From assembly GCA_039815565.1 (NCBI GenBank), contig JBCBZB010000001.1, forward strand, positions 119,066 to 183,065: a stretch of 64,000 nt of DNA. Reading direction: 5' to 3'. The notes under the pieces are model-generated. The model was not told the DNA's origin, searched no databases, and saw only the letters and a list, made by a program, of their open reading frames with translations. This document shows, one piece after another, positions 1-8,367 of this stretch. Both the position numbers and the translations under genes were made by a program. How positions within the stretch are numbered: position 1 is the first letter of the stretch; each line of letters begins with the position of its first letter. The stretch is from Planctomycetota bacterium (GTDB taxonomy: Bacteria > Planctomycetota > UBA1135 > UBA2386).

Positions 1-872
1 AGTGATGCCCAGCGGGCGTAGTCCCTGGCCCACCCGGAGAGCTCGTCGCGTTCCGAGTCCGGAAGCCCTAACTCCTCGACGACACGCACGTATTCGACCT
101 CGGCCCAGGCGATGCCGTCTCGGCAGGATTGCCAGGTCGGGAAGAGGAGGATGCCGAAGAGGTCGCGGAGATTCTGATGGTCGCAATAGATGCGCTTGCC
201 CTCGGCCTTCGGCGATCGGTTGTGCGAGTGCACGACCGCCGAGCTGGCTTCGAAGACGACGTCGTAGCCGCCCAGGATCGCCTTCTTCCCGAACGCGACG
301 TCTTCACCGAAGGGTCGCGATCCGAACCCACCCAGATCTCGCCAGGCGCGTTTCCGTACCGAGCCGGCGACGTTGTCGTACGCGCATCGTTGGAGGCGAT
401 CCATCGGTTCGAGCGACTGGAACTCCTCAGCGCTCGCGCGTTCTTGGATTGCTCGTTCGTTCTTGCCGGCGGTCCACTCGCGGAGTCGACGCGCGATGAA
501 CGGGTTGCAGTCCTCGCGTGGGATCTGCTTGCAGTAGGCCGCGGCGGCGTTCGGTTCGTCGTAGGCGGAGATCAGGCTCGACAGCCAGTTCTGGTCGGCT
601 GGGATCGCGTCTTGGGTCAGGAGGAGGACGATGTCGCCGCTCGCCCGTTCGATTCCGGCGTCGCGCGTTCGGCCGTGGTCGAACTCGCTCTGAGGTCGCA
701 CCTCGACCTCGAACCCATGAGATCGGAGCAGCTCTACCGTGTCGTCACTCGACGAGCTGTCGATCGCGAGTTTCTCGATGTCTTCGATGCCAGGCTGCTT
801 AGCCAGTGCTGTCAGCACGGGCTGGAGCTCCTGCTCACCGTTCCAGGTCGGAATGAACAGGGATACCTTCAT
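1..872 (-). CDS. Glycosyltransferase family 2 (GT-A fold), 3' end cut by the window edge
   Basis: Absent from the ORF track because it runs off the left edge. My translation of the minus strand from ATG (complement of 870-872) reads MKVSLFIPTWNGEQELQPVLTALAKQPGIEDIEKLAIDSSSSDDTVELLRSHGFEVEV...GDIVLLLTQDAIPADQNW...AVVHSHN... The frame is open to position 1. It has a GT2-type N-terminus and an acidic QDA motif, with strong G/C third-position bias. Confidence 0.8.
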   Translation of the reverse strand, partial: MKVSLFIPTWNGEQELQPVLTALAKQPGIEDIEKLAIDSSSSDDTVELLRSHGFEVEVRPQSEFDHGRTRDAGIERASGDIVLLLTQDAIPADQNWLSSLISAYDEPNAAAAYCKQIPREDCNPFIARRLREWTAGKNERAIQERASAEEFQSLEPMDRLQRCAYDNVAGSVRKRAWRDLGGFGSRPFGEDVAFGKKAILGGYDVVFEASSAVVHSHNRSPKAEGKRIYCDHQNLRDLFGILLFPTWQSCRDGIAWAEVEYVRVVEELGLPDSERDELSGWARDYARWAS

Positions 873-890
873 CGGAGTGCCGTTCGTCGA

Positions 891-1136
891 TCACTTGGAC
901 TTCGCGTCGTGTAGCTCGCGGCGCGCAGCCTCGAGTTGTTCGACGAGTTGCATGCCCTGGTCGGCCAGTCGTTGGCGTTCCATCTGAAGGCGCTGCACGT
1001 CTTCGGCTTGCGAGAGCTCAGAACGAATCTCCGCAAGTTGCTTCAGCACCTCCTGCTGCGTGGTCTCGATCGCGTCGAAGCGCTTCTCGATCTTCGCGAT
1101 CTCATCGAGGATGCGGGTGAAGTTGGTGCGGAACAT
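891..1136 (-). CDS. Small coiled-coil protein (81 aa), function unknown
   Basis: Heptad-rich sequence: IAKIEKRFDAIETTQQEVLKQLAEIRSELSQAEDVQRLQMERQRLADQGMQLVEQLEAARREL. GC3 is high. It sits between the GT4 and GT2 genes on the same strand, with its stop 18 nt before the GT2 start. Confidence 0.6.
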   Translation of the reverse strand: MFRTNFTRILDEIAKIEKRFDAIETTQQEVLKQLAEIRSELSQAEDVQRLQMERQRLADQGMQLVEQLEAARRELHDAKSK

Positions 1137-1239
1137 CCGATTCGAAGGGTAGCTGTCGACTCGTCGGCGGCGAAGAACTACCGCGCCGCCAGGGATCAGA
1201 GCCTTCCGATCCCAGGGGCCGCAACCGGCGATCGCGTCC

Positions 1240-2568
1240 TCAATTCAGAGTCGCGAGCTGCGCGGCCTCGATCTCGGACACGTTGGCTTGGAGCGTCTTC
1301 ACCATCGGTGCCGCTTCGCGCAGGCCGGACAGCTGATTGCGATCGGCGACGAGTCCACGCAGGCGTTCTGCGAGAGAGGCACTGTCACCGGCCGGGAAGA
1401 CCAGGCCGTTCGTTCCGTCTTGGACGATCTCCGACATGCCTCCGAGATCGCTGACCGCGACCGGGACGCGAGCCATCTGGGCTTCGAGAACGACGAACGG
1501 GGTGTTCTCGTACCAGAGGGACGGCGCGATCAGCAGGTCGGTCGTCGCTAGGACATCGCTGAGTCGATCCCGCTCGAATGGGCCGGCGAACCGCACTCGA
1601 GGGTCGTCGCCGATGCGTTGTCGCAAGGCTCGGCTGTAGTCGGGGAAGTCAGTTTCTCTCCCGTGCAGCGTCAGCTCGACCTCGGGTCCGGCGGCGAGCA
1701 CGGCGTCGACTGCTACCTGTGTGCCCTTGTGTTCGCTCAGCGACCCGACGAACGCACAGCGCAGCTTCCGCGCGGGAGTATGGCGATCGGCCGCGTCTCC
1801 GACCCGCGCGGGGTCAACGCCGTAGCGCAGGACGTCGATCCGGCTCTCGGGCCACCCGTTCTGGACGAAGGCCTGCTTCAGGAAAGCGGACGGTGCCCAG
1901 ATCTTCGTGGCGTTCGCGAGGACCGCGCGGCGCAATTCCTTGGGTCGCGACACTAGACCGAGCGCGCGTCCGACGCGGCCCGGTGGCACTTCGGCGTCCG
2001 CAGGCCAGATCGACGCGAGTCGGGCGAGCTCATCCCCGGTGCGATCGAAGGACAGTTCGCGCCGGAGACCCGGCCGCACGCAGTCCATGCAACCGAGTCC
2101 GTTCTCGGGTGGTCCTTCGCAGAGTTCGCCGTCCGCGCGGCGAAGGGTGACTTGTGGACAGAGGAGCCAGAAGTCCATCAGGTGCAGAAACACCCGGGCC
2201 CCGAGCGAGCGGGCGACGTCGAGGATCGGTGCACCGAGGTAGCGGAGGTGGAACGCGTGGACGACGTCGGGGCGGCGTGCCTCGAGGTGGCGGCGCACCT
2301 GTTCGGTCAGGAACGGGTGCGACCATTCCATCCGTTCGAAGTCCCGGTCGAGGTGCATCCAGGTCCGGAGCCGTTGCACGGGCAGTCCTTCGATCGTCTC
2401 GCGCGTGCTCTCGAAGAACGGTTCGGTCTCCGAGAAGTCCGGTTCGAGCGCCAGGACTTCGACATCGTGACCGCGCTCCTGCATCGCCTGGGCGATCGCG
2501 TAGCAGTACTGCTCGGTGCCGGTGAAGTAGTTCGGCAGGAACTGGTGGACGAGATACGTGATGCGCAC
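1240..2568 (-). CDS. Glycosyltransferase family 4 (GT-B, retaining type)
   Basis: N-terminus is VRITYLVHQFLPNYFTGTEQYCYAIAQAM. The C-terminal region PSLWYENTPFVVLEAQMARVPVAVSDLGGMSEIVQDGTNGLVF contains an E-x7-E motif. I moved the start to GTG at 2568 because the 84 upstream codons of the track ORF (to 2820) are R/P/G-rich filler. Confidence 0.85.
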   Translation of the reverse strand: MRITYLVHQFLPNYFTGTEQYCYAIAQAMQERGHDVEVLALEPDFSETEPFFESTRETIEGLPVQRLRTWMHLDRDFERMEWSHPFLTEQVRRHLEARRPDVVHAFHLRYLGAPILDVARSLGARVFLHLMDFWLLCPQVTLRRADGELCEGPPENGLGCMDCVRPGLRRELSFDRTGDELARLASIWPADAEVPPGRVGRALGLVSRPKELRRAVLANATKIWAPSAFLKQAFVQNGWPESRIDVLRYGVDPARVGDAADRHTPARKLRCAFVGSLSEHKGTQVAVDAVLAAGPEVELTLHGRETDFPDYSRALRQRIGDDPRVRFAGPFERDRLSDVLATTDLLIAPSLWYENTPFVVLEAQMARVPVAVSDLGGMSEIVQDGTNGLVFPAGDSASLAERLRGLVADRNQLSGLREAAPMVKTLQANVSEIEAAQLATLN

Positions 2569-2871
2569 GAGCTCGAGCGATCCTCGCAGACCGAAGCGTC
2601 GATTCCGAGTCAGCGGCCCAGCGGCGCGCCTCGGGGCTCCGGGCGGAAATGAAGCAGGCCCCGGCGTCGAGCCAGGTCGAGGGGATCGGCCTCGACTCGA
2701 CCCCGGAGCCCGCATTTGGTCGCGCCGGTGCCCTTGGCGCTTCCATGGGGGATACCCCCAAGTCTGAGCCGTTTGCCTCGGAAAACCCGGCGCCATCGGC
2801 GGGTCCCGCCGCAAACCCATGCGAACAAGACGGTTACGTCAGAGCGAAAATGACCAGCAGATCTCGGTCGA

Positions 2872-3525
2872 TCAGCGGCTGAGGCGGGCGACCGCTTCGC
2901 CCTGGCCGCGCGCGACGGCGAGGTCGATCGCCCGCTTCCCGTCGTCGCTCTCGATCGCGCGGTCCGCGCCGCGGCTGAGCAGGAGTTCGAGCAGGTCCAG
3001 GTCGCCGGACTGAGCGGCACCGTGGAGCGGGGTGAACCCTCCGCGCTGGATCGCGTCGACCTCGGCGCCGGCATTCAGCAGGTGCTCGGCGCAACGAGCG
3101 CTCCGAGCGGCGACCGCCGAGTGGAGCGGTCGGACGATCGAGGTGTTGCGCGCGATCGCGTCGGCTGGAGCCCCTCGCTTCAACAGCCACGCGACGTCCT
3201 CGCAGTGGGCGAAGAACGCAGCGAGGTGCAGCACGGTGAACCCGTCGGGGCTGCGACGGGTCAGAAGGCCAGGAGAGCGCTCGACCGCAGCGGAAAGGTC
3301 GCCTGAACGTCCGAGAGCGGCTGCCTCGAAGGCGTCGATCGACGGCAGCACGCGGAGCGTCGATTCGGCGAGCTGGAATTCCCGTCGGTAGCAGAGGTGC
3401 ATCAGAAGGGACACACCGGACTCGTCACGGCTGGTCGCGAGTTCGGGATCCCGCTCGAGCATCGACCGCACCTGGTCGACGTGGTTGGCCCGCAGGGACT
3501 CGAACAGCTCAAACGACTCGCTCAC
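2872..3525 (-). CDS. Ankyrin-repeat protein
   Basis: Tandem ANK consensus: GFTVLHLAAFFAHCEDVAWLLKRGAPADA, RPLHSAVAARSARCAEHLLNAGAEVDA, GGFTPLHGAAQSGDLDLLELLLSRGAD. Start set to GTG 3525, which avoids overlap with the upstream gene that ends at 3543. The track ORF extends to 3582. Confidence 0.8.
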   Translation of the reverse strand: MSESFELFESLRANHVDQVRSMLERDPELATSRDESGVSLLMHLCYRREFQLAESTLRVLPSIDAFEAAALGRSGDLSAAVERSPGLLTRRSPDGFTVLHLAAFFAHCEDVAWLLKRGAPADAIARNTSIVRPLHSAVAARSARCAEHLLNAGAEVDAIQRGGFTPLHGAAQSGDLDLLELLLSRGADRAIESDDGKRAIDLAVARGQGEAVARLSR

Positions 3526-3542
3526 GCCAAGACCATAGCGCT

Positions 3543-4358
3543 TCAGGCCCACTCGAGTGGATCGCGGTCCGCGGTCGAGCAACAGACTTTGAGATCTGGG
3601 CAGAGTTCGCGGAGTCGATCGGCGAGGCGGGCCAGCGATCCGCGTTCGGTCAGGGAATGCTCCGAGAGGATCACCGAGGTGCCGCGTGCGCGCGCTGCCA
3701 ACACGTCATGGTGGCGCATCTCGCCGGTCCACCAGAGGTCGGCGTCCGCGACTTGTTCCAGGACCGAGCTCCCAGCTCCGGGGCAGACTGCGATCGTGCG
3801 AATCTCCTCGGCGCGTCGTCCCTGAGCGATTCGCAGGCGGTCGAGCCCGAGGCGGCTCTTGATCCTCGGAATCAAGTCGTCGAGGCGGGCCGGAGTCTCG
3901 AGGCGAAGCAAGCGACCGTGCCCAGCGAGGACGTCGCCGCCCGCCGGATCTCCGGCCGACGCGTCGGGCTCGATCGGGCTCCGGGTCGACGGCAGGTCGA
4001 GTCCGTCGCTGAGCCAGTCGGTCGCGCCACCCTCGACGGCGTCCCAGGCCGTGTGCGGCGAGTAGACCGCGAGGCCACGCTCGGCACATCGGAGAGCGGT
4101 GCGTTCGTCCGGACGGCTTGCCCGCAACCCTGCGAGGCCTCGGAAGATCAACGGGTGGTAGGCGACGATCAGTCCGGCGCCGATTTCGAGCGCCTCGTCC
4201 AGGACTGGCTCGGTGAGGTCGATCGCGCACAGGACCGTTGCGACCTGCGCTGCAGAGGTCGGCTCGACCAGCAGCCCGACGCGGTCCCAATCGGCAGCGA
4301 GTCGGATCGGCGCGATCGCGTCGAGCGCGGTGACGAGCGAGGTCAGGGATCGGGCCAT
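3543..4358 (-). CDS. Nif3-like dinuclear metal-centre protein (YbgI / GTP cyclohydrolase 1 type 2 family)
   Basis: Family-typical segments: LDAIAPIRLAADWDRVGLLV, LIVAYHPLIFRG, AVYSPHTAWD, IAVCPGAGSS, WWTGEMRHHD. Confidence 0.85.
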   Translation of the reverse strand: MARSLTSLVTALDAIAPIRLAADWDRVGLLVEPTSAAQVATVLCAIDLTEPVLDEALEIGAGLIVAYHPLIFRGLAGLRASRPDERTALRCAERGLAVYSPHTAWDAVEGGATDWLSDGLDLPSTRSPIEPDASAGDPAGGDVLAGHGRLLRLETPARLDDLIPRIKSRLGLDRLRIAQGRRAEEIRTIAVCPGAGSSVLEQVADADLWWTGEMRHHDVLAARARGTSVILSEHSLTERGSLARLADRLRELCPDLKVCCSTADRDPLEWA

Positions 4359-4408
4359 GGCGCGATGATCGAGGCCAGGGCGTCACCGACCAAGACCTCG
4401 CGCCGGAA

Positions 4409-5926
4409 TCAGTCGTTCTGGCGCTTGGTGACCGCGCGAACGAACTCGCCGATCTCTGACAAGACCTCGGGTGCGAGGGTCTCCTCGATCCGTGCGTACT
4501 CCTCGACCGACCCGGTACCGCAGTGCTGCATCAGGTGGTTCAGCTCGCGGAATACCACGACCTTCGAGAGGTCGACTCCGGTCGCGGCCAGGTATTCGCG
4601 CATCGGTCCCGCGCTTTGCGATGGCGGGACCTGGACGTCCTTCTCGCCGAAGATCGCGAGCGTCGGGCAGCGGAGCGATTGCAGATACTCCGCAGGGTCG
4701 AGGACGAGGAATGTCTTCATCCACTCCGAGCCGAGCGTGGCCGTGATCTGTTCGACGAATTCCTCCTCGACCGCGGCTCCAAACAGGCCCTTGTCATCCT
4801 CCGTCATGTCCTTCCAAGCCTCGACCGCCGCGAGCTCGACAGTTGCCGAAGGGTCCTTGCCCTCCGAGTCGAGAAGGGCGGAGAGGAGCTTGGCCTGGAG
4901 TTCCTGCGCTCGCGCGATTTCGTCCGCCTCGGCGCCCATCGCACTCAGCTGCAAGCGCTGCTGGACCCGAAGCACCTCACGGCCATCGACCGCCGGTCCG
5001 GCGATCAAGACGCAGTAGGCCAGGCGGATCGGCTTGTGGCCGGTCTTCTCTCCTTCGAGGTCTCGAAACTTCTTGGCGACGATCGGTGCGATCAACCCGC
5101 CTTCGCTGTGGCCGATCAACCCGATCGAGTGGTGGTCGATCAGCGGATGCCGCACCAGGAAGCGGACCGCACTTGCAGCGTCGTTCGCGAACTCGAACGT
5201 GGTCGCGCTGTCGAAGTCACCGTCGGATTCGGCAACTCCACGGTCGTCGTAGCGCAGCACGGCGATCCCACGCCGGCTCAAGTGGTCGGCGAGTACCCAG
5301 AACGGCTTGTGGTCGAGCAGCGTCTCGTCTCGATCCTGTGGTCCCGACCCGCTGATCAGGATCGCGGCGGGGAACGGACCGTCGCCCTCCGGAACGGTCA
5401 GGGTCCCAGCCAGCAGTCCTGCGCCTTCGTCTTCCGAGTGATGGAACCGAACGTCGATCTGGCGATAGGGGAAGGGCTCTTGCGGAGTCTGCGGGCGGGC
5501 TGGCGCTGGGACCTCTTCGACCCGGTCGAGCTCGAGTGGGAACGACAGGTGCTGCTCGAAGGTGCCGACGAGTCGGTCACCGTTCTCGGACAGCGTGCCG
5601 GTGAAGGTCGCGCCCGCAGATCTCATCGTCAGCTCGATCTCCCGTCCGTCGACTTCGATGCGGTTGATCGTGAGTCCGAGTGCTCCCTGGTCGTGGCTGT
5701 TCCACTCGGCGACGAGTTCGCCGTCTTCCATCGAGATCTCGAACGACAACCGCAGCTCGCGGATGCCGACTTTCAATGTGCCGAACCAGGTCCCCTCGAA
5801 GTCGGAAAGCGTCGGCTCTGGGACTTGGAAGCAGGCGGGAGCGCGGCTCTCTGCGTGTGCCAGCGCGGCCGTTCCGAGAACGACCAGGCTGCTCGACAGA
5901 AGCCAGGTGTGGAGTCTTCGCATCAT
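4409..5926 (-). CDS. Secreted alpha/beta-hydrolase with an N-terminal beta-rich domain
   Basis: Sec signal peptide MMRRLHTWLLSSSLVVLGTAALAHA. Nucleophile elbow GLIGHSEGG (G-x-S-x-G). A hydrolase fold pattern follows FPAAILISGSGPQDRDE. Confidence 0.8.
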   Translation of the reverse strand: MMRRLHTWLLSSSLVVLGTAALAHAESRAPACFQVPEPTLSDFEGTWFGTLKVGIRELRLSFEISMEDGELVAEWNSHDQGALGLTINRIEVDGREIELTMRSAGATFTGTLSENGDRLVGTFEQHLSFPLELDRVEEVPAPARPQTPQEPFPYRQIDVRFHHSEDEGAGLLAGTLTVPEGDGPFPAAILISGSGPQDRDETLLDHKPFWVLADHLSRRGIAVLRYDDRGVAESDGDFDSATTFEFANDAASAVRFLVRHPLIDHHSIGLIGHSEGGLIAPIVAKKFRDLEGEKTGHKPIRLAYCVLIAGPAVDGREVLRVQQRLQLSAMGAEADEIARAQELQAKLLSALLDSEGKDPSATVELAAVEAWKDMTEDDKGLFGAAVEEEFVEQITATLGSEWMKTFLVLDPAEYLQSLRCPTLAIFGEKDVQVPPSQSAGPMREYLAATGVDLSKVVVFRELNHLMQHCGTGSVEEYARIEETLAPEVLSEIGEFVRAVTKRQND

Positions 5927-6149
5927 CGGGAGGTTGCGGCAGCGGGGCCCGGAGTGGGGGCCGAGTCTGAACTCGGTCCGGGTTCCGTCGTCGTGGAGGG
6001 GTGTCCAACCAAGTGGACTGTACGCGGCCGGTCCTGTTGGGCGCGGAGAGTTCGCGCTGAGCGGTCGACTGCATGGGGGGGATCGCCCGGATCCGGGTGG
6101 AGATGCGACGCATGGTTCGGCATCTTCGTCGCGTCGGCTTTCCCTCTCG

Positions 6150-7568
6150 ATGCACTTCGCTCTGGCCGAAACCTCTCCCCAAACCGCGGCAGCGAGCCTC
6201 TTGGCTGCGCTCTCGCTCGTTCTCGTCCTCCCGGCCCAAGACCCAACCGCTCCTGAGGAGTCGGTGATCGAGGTCCGTCCCGAGTCGGCGTTTCGTCTCA
6301 GCCAAGCACTCCAACTACCGGAGTGGTTGCGGATCTCGGGTTCGGCGCGAGCCCGCTATGAAGGATTGGAGGGGCAGTTTCGTGCGAATCCGCAGCTCGC
6401 GAGCAGCGATCACATCCTCGCCTTGAGGCAGACCCTGCTCTTCGAGGTCGATGTCGACGCGGTGACGTTCGCTCTCGAGGGCATCGACGCTCGTCAGCTT
6501 GCTGATGGGTCCCGGTCGTTGCTCAACGTCGGAAGTGCGGACGCGGTGGACATCCTCCAGGGCTACGTCGAAGTCGGTCACGACGGGCCCTTCGATGCCG
6601 ACAGCGAGCTGAAGGTCGGTCGTCGAACAGTCGACTTCGGGGGCCGACGGCTCGTCGGTCGAAACCGCTACCGCAACACGATCCAGTCTTTCACCGGCGC
6701 GTCCTACCAGTCTGCCTTCGACGACCTCAGCGCCGAGGTGTTCTGGTACCTACCGACGCTCATTCGGCCGAGCGCGCTCGGCCCACTGCTCGACGACGAT
6801 CCGGAGTTGAACGACCAAGACGTCGATCTGCAGTTCTACGGCAGCTTCGTCTCCGCCGACCTCGATCCGAGGACCTCCCTGGAGGCCTACTTCTATGTTG
6901 TCACGGACCAGCGCGAGGGGCGGCCGGAGCGCGAGCTCTACACGCCAGGAGTCCGTGCCTTGAGGCGGCCGGAGTCCTCCAGCTTCGATTACGAGTTCGA
7001 AGGCAACCTGCAGTTCGGTCGTTCCCAGGCAACGGCGGGGGGGCCGGATCTGGATCACCTGGCCTGGTTTGCGCACGCGGAGCTCGGCTACACCTTCGAT
7101 GCACCGCTCGAGCCGCGGGTGTTCGTGCAGCTCGATGGTGGATCCGGTGACGAGTCCGCGAACGACGGTGAGAACAACCGATTCGATCCGCTGTTCCAGG
7201 TGCGGGCGGACTTCGGAGCGCTCGGGCTCTTCGGTCCGATTGCGCGGACGAACACACTGTCTTCCGCGCTCAAGGTCCAGGTGCATCCGGCCGAGGCGAT
7301 GAGCGTCCTACTCGGCTGGCGGTCGGTGTTTCTGACCGAGGACGATGATTTCGTCGCGGTCGGTGGGGTTCAGGATCCGAGTGGTTCTTCTGGATCGGAG
7401 TTCGGCCACAAGCTCGAACTCACCGCGCGCTGGCAAGCGATCCCCGACAGTCTGCAGCTCGAGTTCGGAGTCGCTCACCTCTTCGCCGGGGACGTGCTCC
7501 GGCGGGCTCCGAACGCCCGTGCGGAAGACAGCACCTACGTCTACTTCGAGACGTTGCTCAGTTTCTGA
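6150..7568 (+). CDS. Outer-membrane beta-barrel, alginate-export (AlgE-like) family
   Basis: Start moved to ATG 6150 (MHFALAETSPQTAAASLLAALSLVLVLPAQD signal). WLRISGSARARYEGLEGQF is typical of the alginate-export family. The sequence has alternating beta-strand character and a C-terminal aromatic residue (ETLLSF). The first 196 codons of the track ORF are antisense to the neighbouring gene. Confidence 0.7.
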   Translation: MHFALAETSPQTAAASLLAALSLVLVLPAQDPTAPEESVIEVRPESAFRLSQALQLPEWLRISGSARARYEGLEGQFRANPQLASSDHILALRQTLLFEVDVDAVTFALEGIDARQLADGSRSLLNVGSADAVDILQGYVEVGHDGPFDADSELKVGRRTVDFGGRRLVGRNRYRNTIQSFTGASYQSAFDDLSAEVFWYLPTLIRPSALGPLLDDDPELNDQDVDLQFYGSFVSADLDPRTSLEAYFYVVTDQREGRPERELYTPGVRALRRPESSSFDYEFEGNLQFGRSQATAGGPDLDHLAWFAHAELGYTFDAPLEPRVFVQLDGGSGDESANDGENNRFDPLFQVRADFGALGLFGPIARTNTLSSALKVQVHPAEAMSVLLGWRSVFLTEDDDFVAVGGVQDPSGSSGSEFGHKLELTARWQAIPDSLQLEFGVAHLFAGDVLRRAPNARAEDSTYVYFETLLSF

Positions 7569-7581
7569 GCGTGCGCTTCAG
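7565..7581. repeat. Imperfect palindrome spanning both stop codons of a convergent gene pair
   Basis: CTGAGCG-tg-CGCTtCAG. The TGA of the OMP gene is at 7566-7568 and the TCA (complement of the UDG gene's stop) is at 7578-7580. Confidence 0.6.
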
Positions 7582-8291
7582 ACTTCGATTCCGAGGTCGG
7601 CGAAGGCCTTTTCGGCCAGAGGTTGCCAACCGCGGTTGGCCGCCGGGCTCGCGGGCGAGGGGTGTGGAATGCGGCCGATCGCGATCGATCCGTCCGGGAA
7701 CACGCGGTGTGCACGCTGTTCGGCGAAGGCTCCCACGCCGACCAGGTGTTTCGGTTGGAGCGTTTCGACAATGCGTTGCAGCAGCTGATCGCAGATCGCC
7801 TCGAGCGGTTCGCGCTCGGGTTTCGGCAACTTGTCCGGCGTGCGGTTGCGGCCGGTCTCTTCGAGGAAGACCAGTGGGCAGTAGTTGTGGATGAAGAATC
7901 GCTCGAAGAAAGCTTCGGGCGACGCGAATCGATCCTGTGCGAAGCCCCAGAGGCGACGGCCACTGACCTCCGAGCGGGTGCAGTCGAAGCCGAGAATCGG
8001 GCGCTTCGGGTGTTCGTTCTCCGGTTTCCCGACCGGTTCTTCGATCCCGATCCAGTCCCGCACGGCGGCCACCTCGCCGAACGGAACTCCGGTCTGTGCC
8101 ATTCCGAACGGTCCGGGGTTCATCCCCAGGAGCAGGACCTCCTTCGTGCCCTGGCCGAACCGTTCGAGGTATCGCTCGTGCGGCTTCTTCGCGTAAACGA
8201 GCGGGTTGTAGACACGGTCGACCGGCGGCCCGAATCGGAGTTTGCCGAGCGCCTTCGATGCGTCTCGGCAGGCTTTGCGAAGCGCGTCCAT
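7578..8291 (-). CDS. Uracil-DNA glycosylase, SMUG1-type (UDG family 3)
   Basis: Motifs LLLGMNPGPFGMAQTGVPFG and GRIPHPSPASPAANRGW match the SMUG1 catalytic motifs (GMNPGP...; HPSP). Start set to ATG 8291 (MDALRKA), because the upstream 85 codons of the track ORF are S/R/T-rich filler. Confidence 0.8.
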   Translation of the reverse strand: MDALRKACRDASKALGKLRFGPPVDRVYNPLVYAKKPHERYLERFGQGTKEVLLLGMNPGPFGMAQTGVPFGEVAAVRDWIGIEEPVGKPENEHPKRPILGFDCTRSEVSGRRLWGFAQDRFASPEAFFERFFIHNYCPLVFLEETGRNRTPDKLPKPEREPLEAICDQLLQRIVETLQPKHLVGVGAFAEQRAHRVFPDGSIAIGRIPHPSPASPAANRGWQPLAEKAFADLGIEV

Positions 8292-8367
8292 CGGTAGGAC
8301 GCTACGGGAAAGCCCAGCGCTTTGCAGGGGTTCGCGGTTCTCGACCGGTTGACCCAGGCTCTTGGAG

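Noticed and set aside
129-914. 261-aa plus-strand ORF at the left edge.
   Set aside because: It lies antisense to a clearly recognisable GT2 gene on the minus strand (MKVSLFIPTWNG...). Its sequence is R/V/A-rich with no motifs. It is a typical high-GC shadow ORF.
2676-2696. Hairpin GTCGAGG-ggatcgg-CCTCGAC in the 303-nt spacer downstream of the ankyrin gene, considered as a terminator.
   Set aside because: It has only a 7-bp stem and no U-tract on either strand. Stems like this are frequent by chance in DNA of this G+C content.
3657-6256. Long plus-strand ORFs 3657..5018 (453 aa) and 4523..6256 (577 aa).
   Set aside because: They lie opposite the Nif3-like and alpha/beta-hydrolase genes, whose family motifs are unambiguous. 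The translations are R/S/A/P-rich and low in information.
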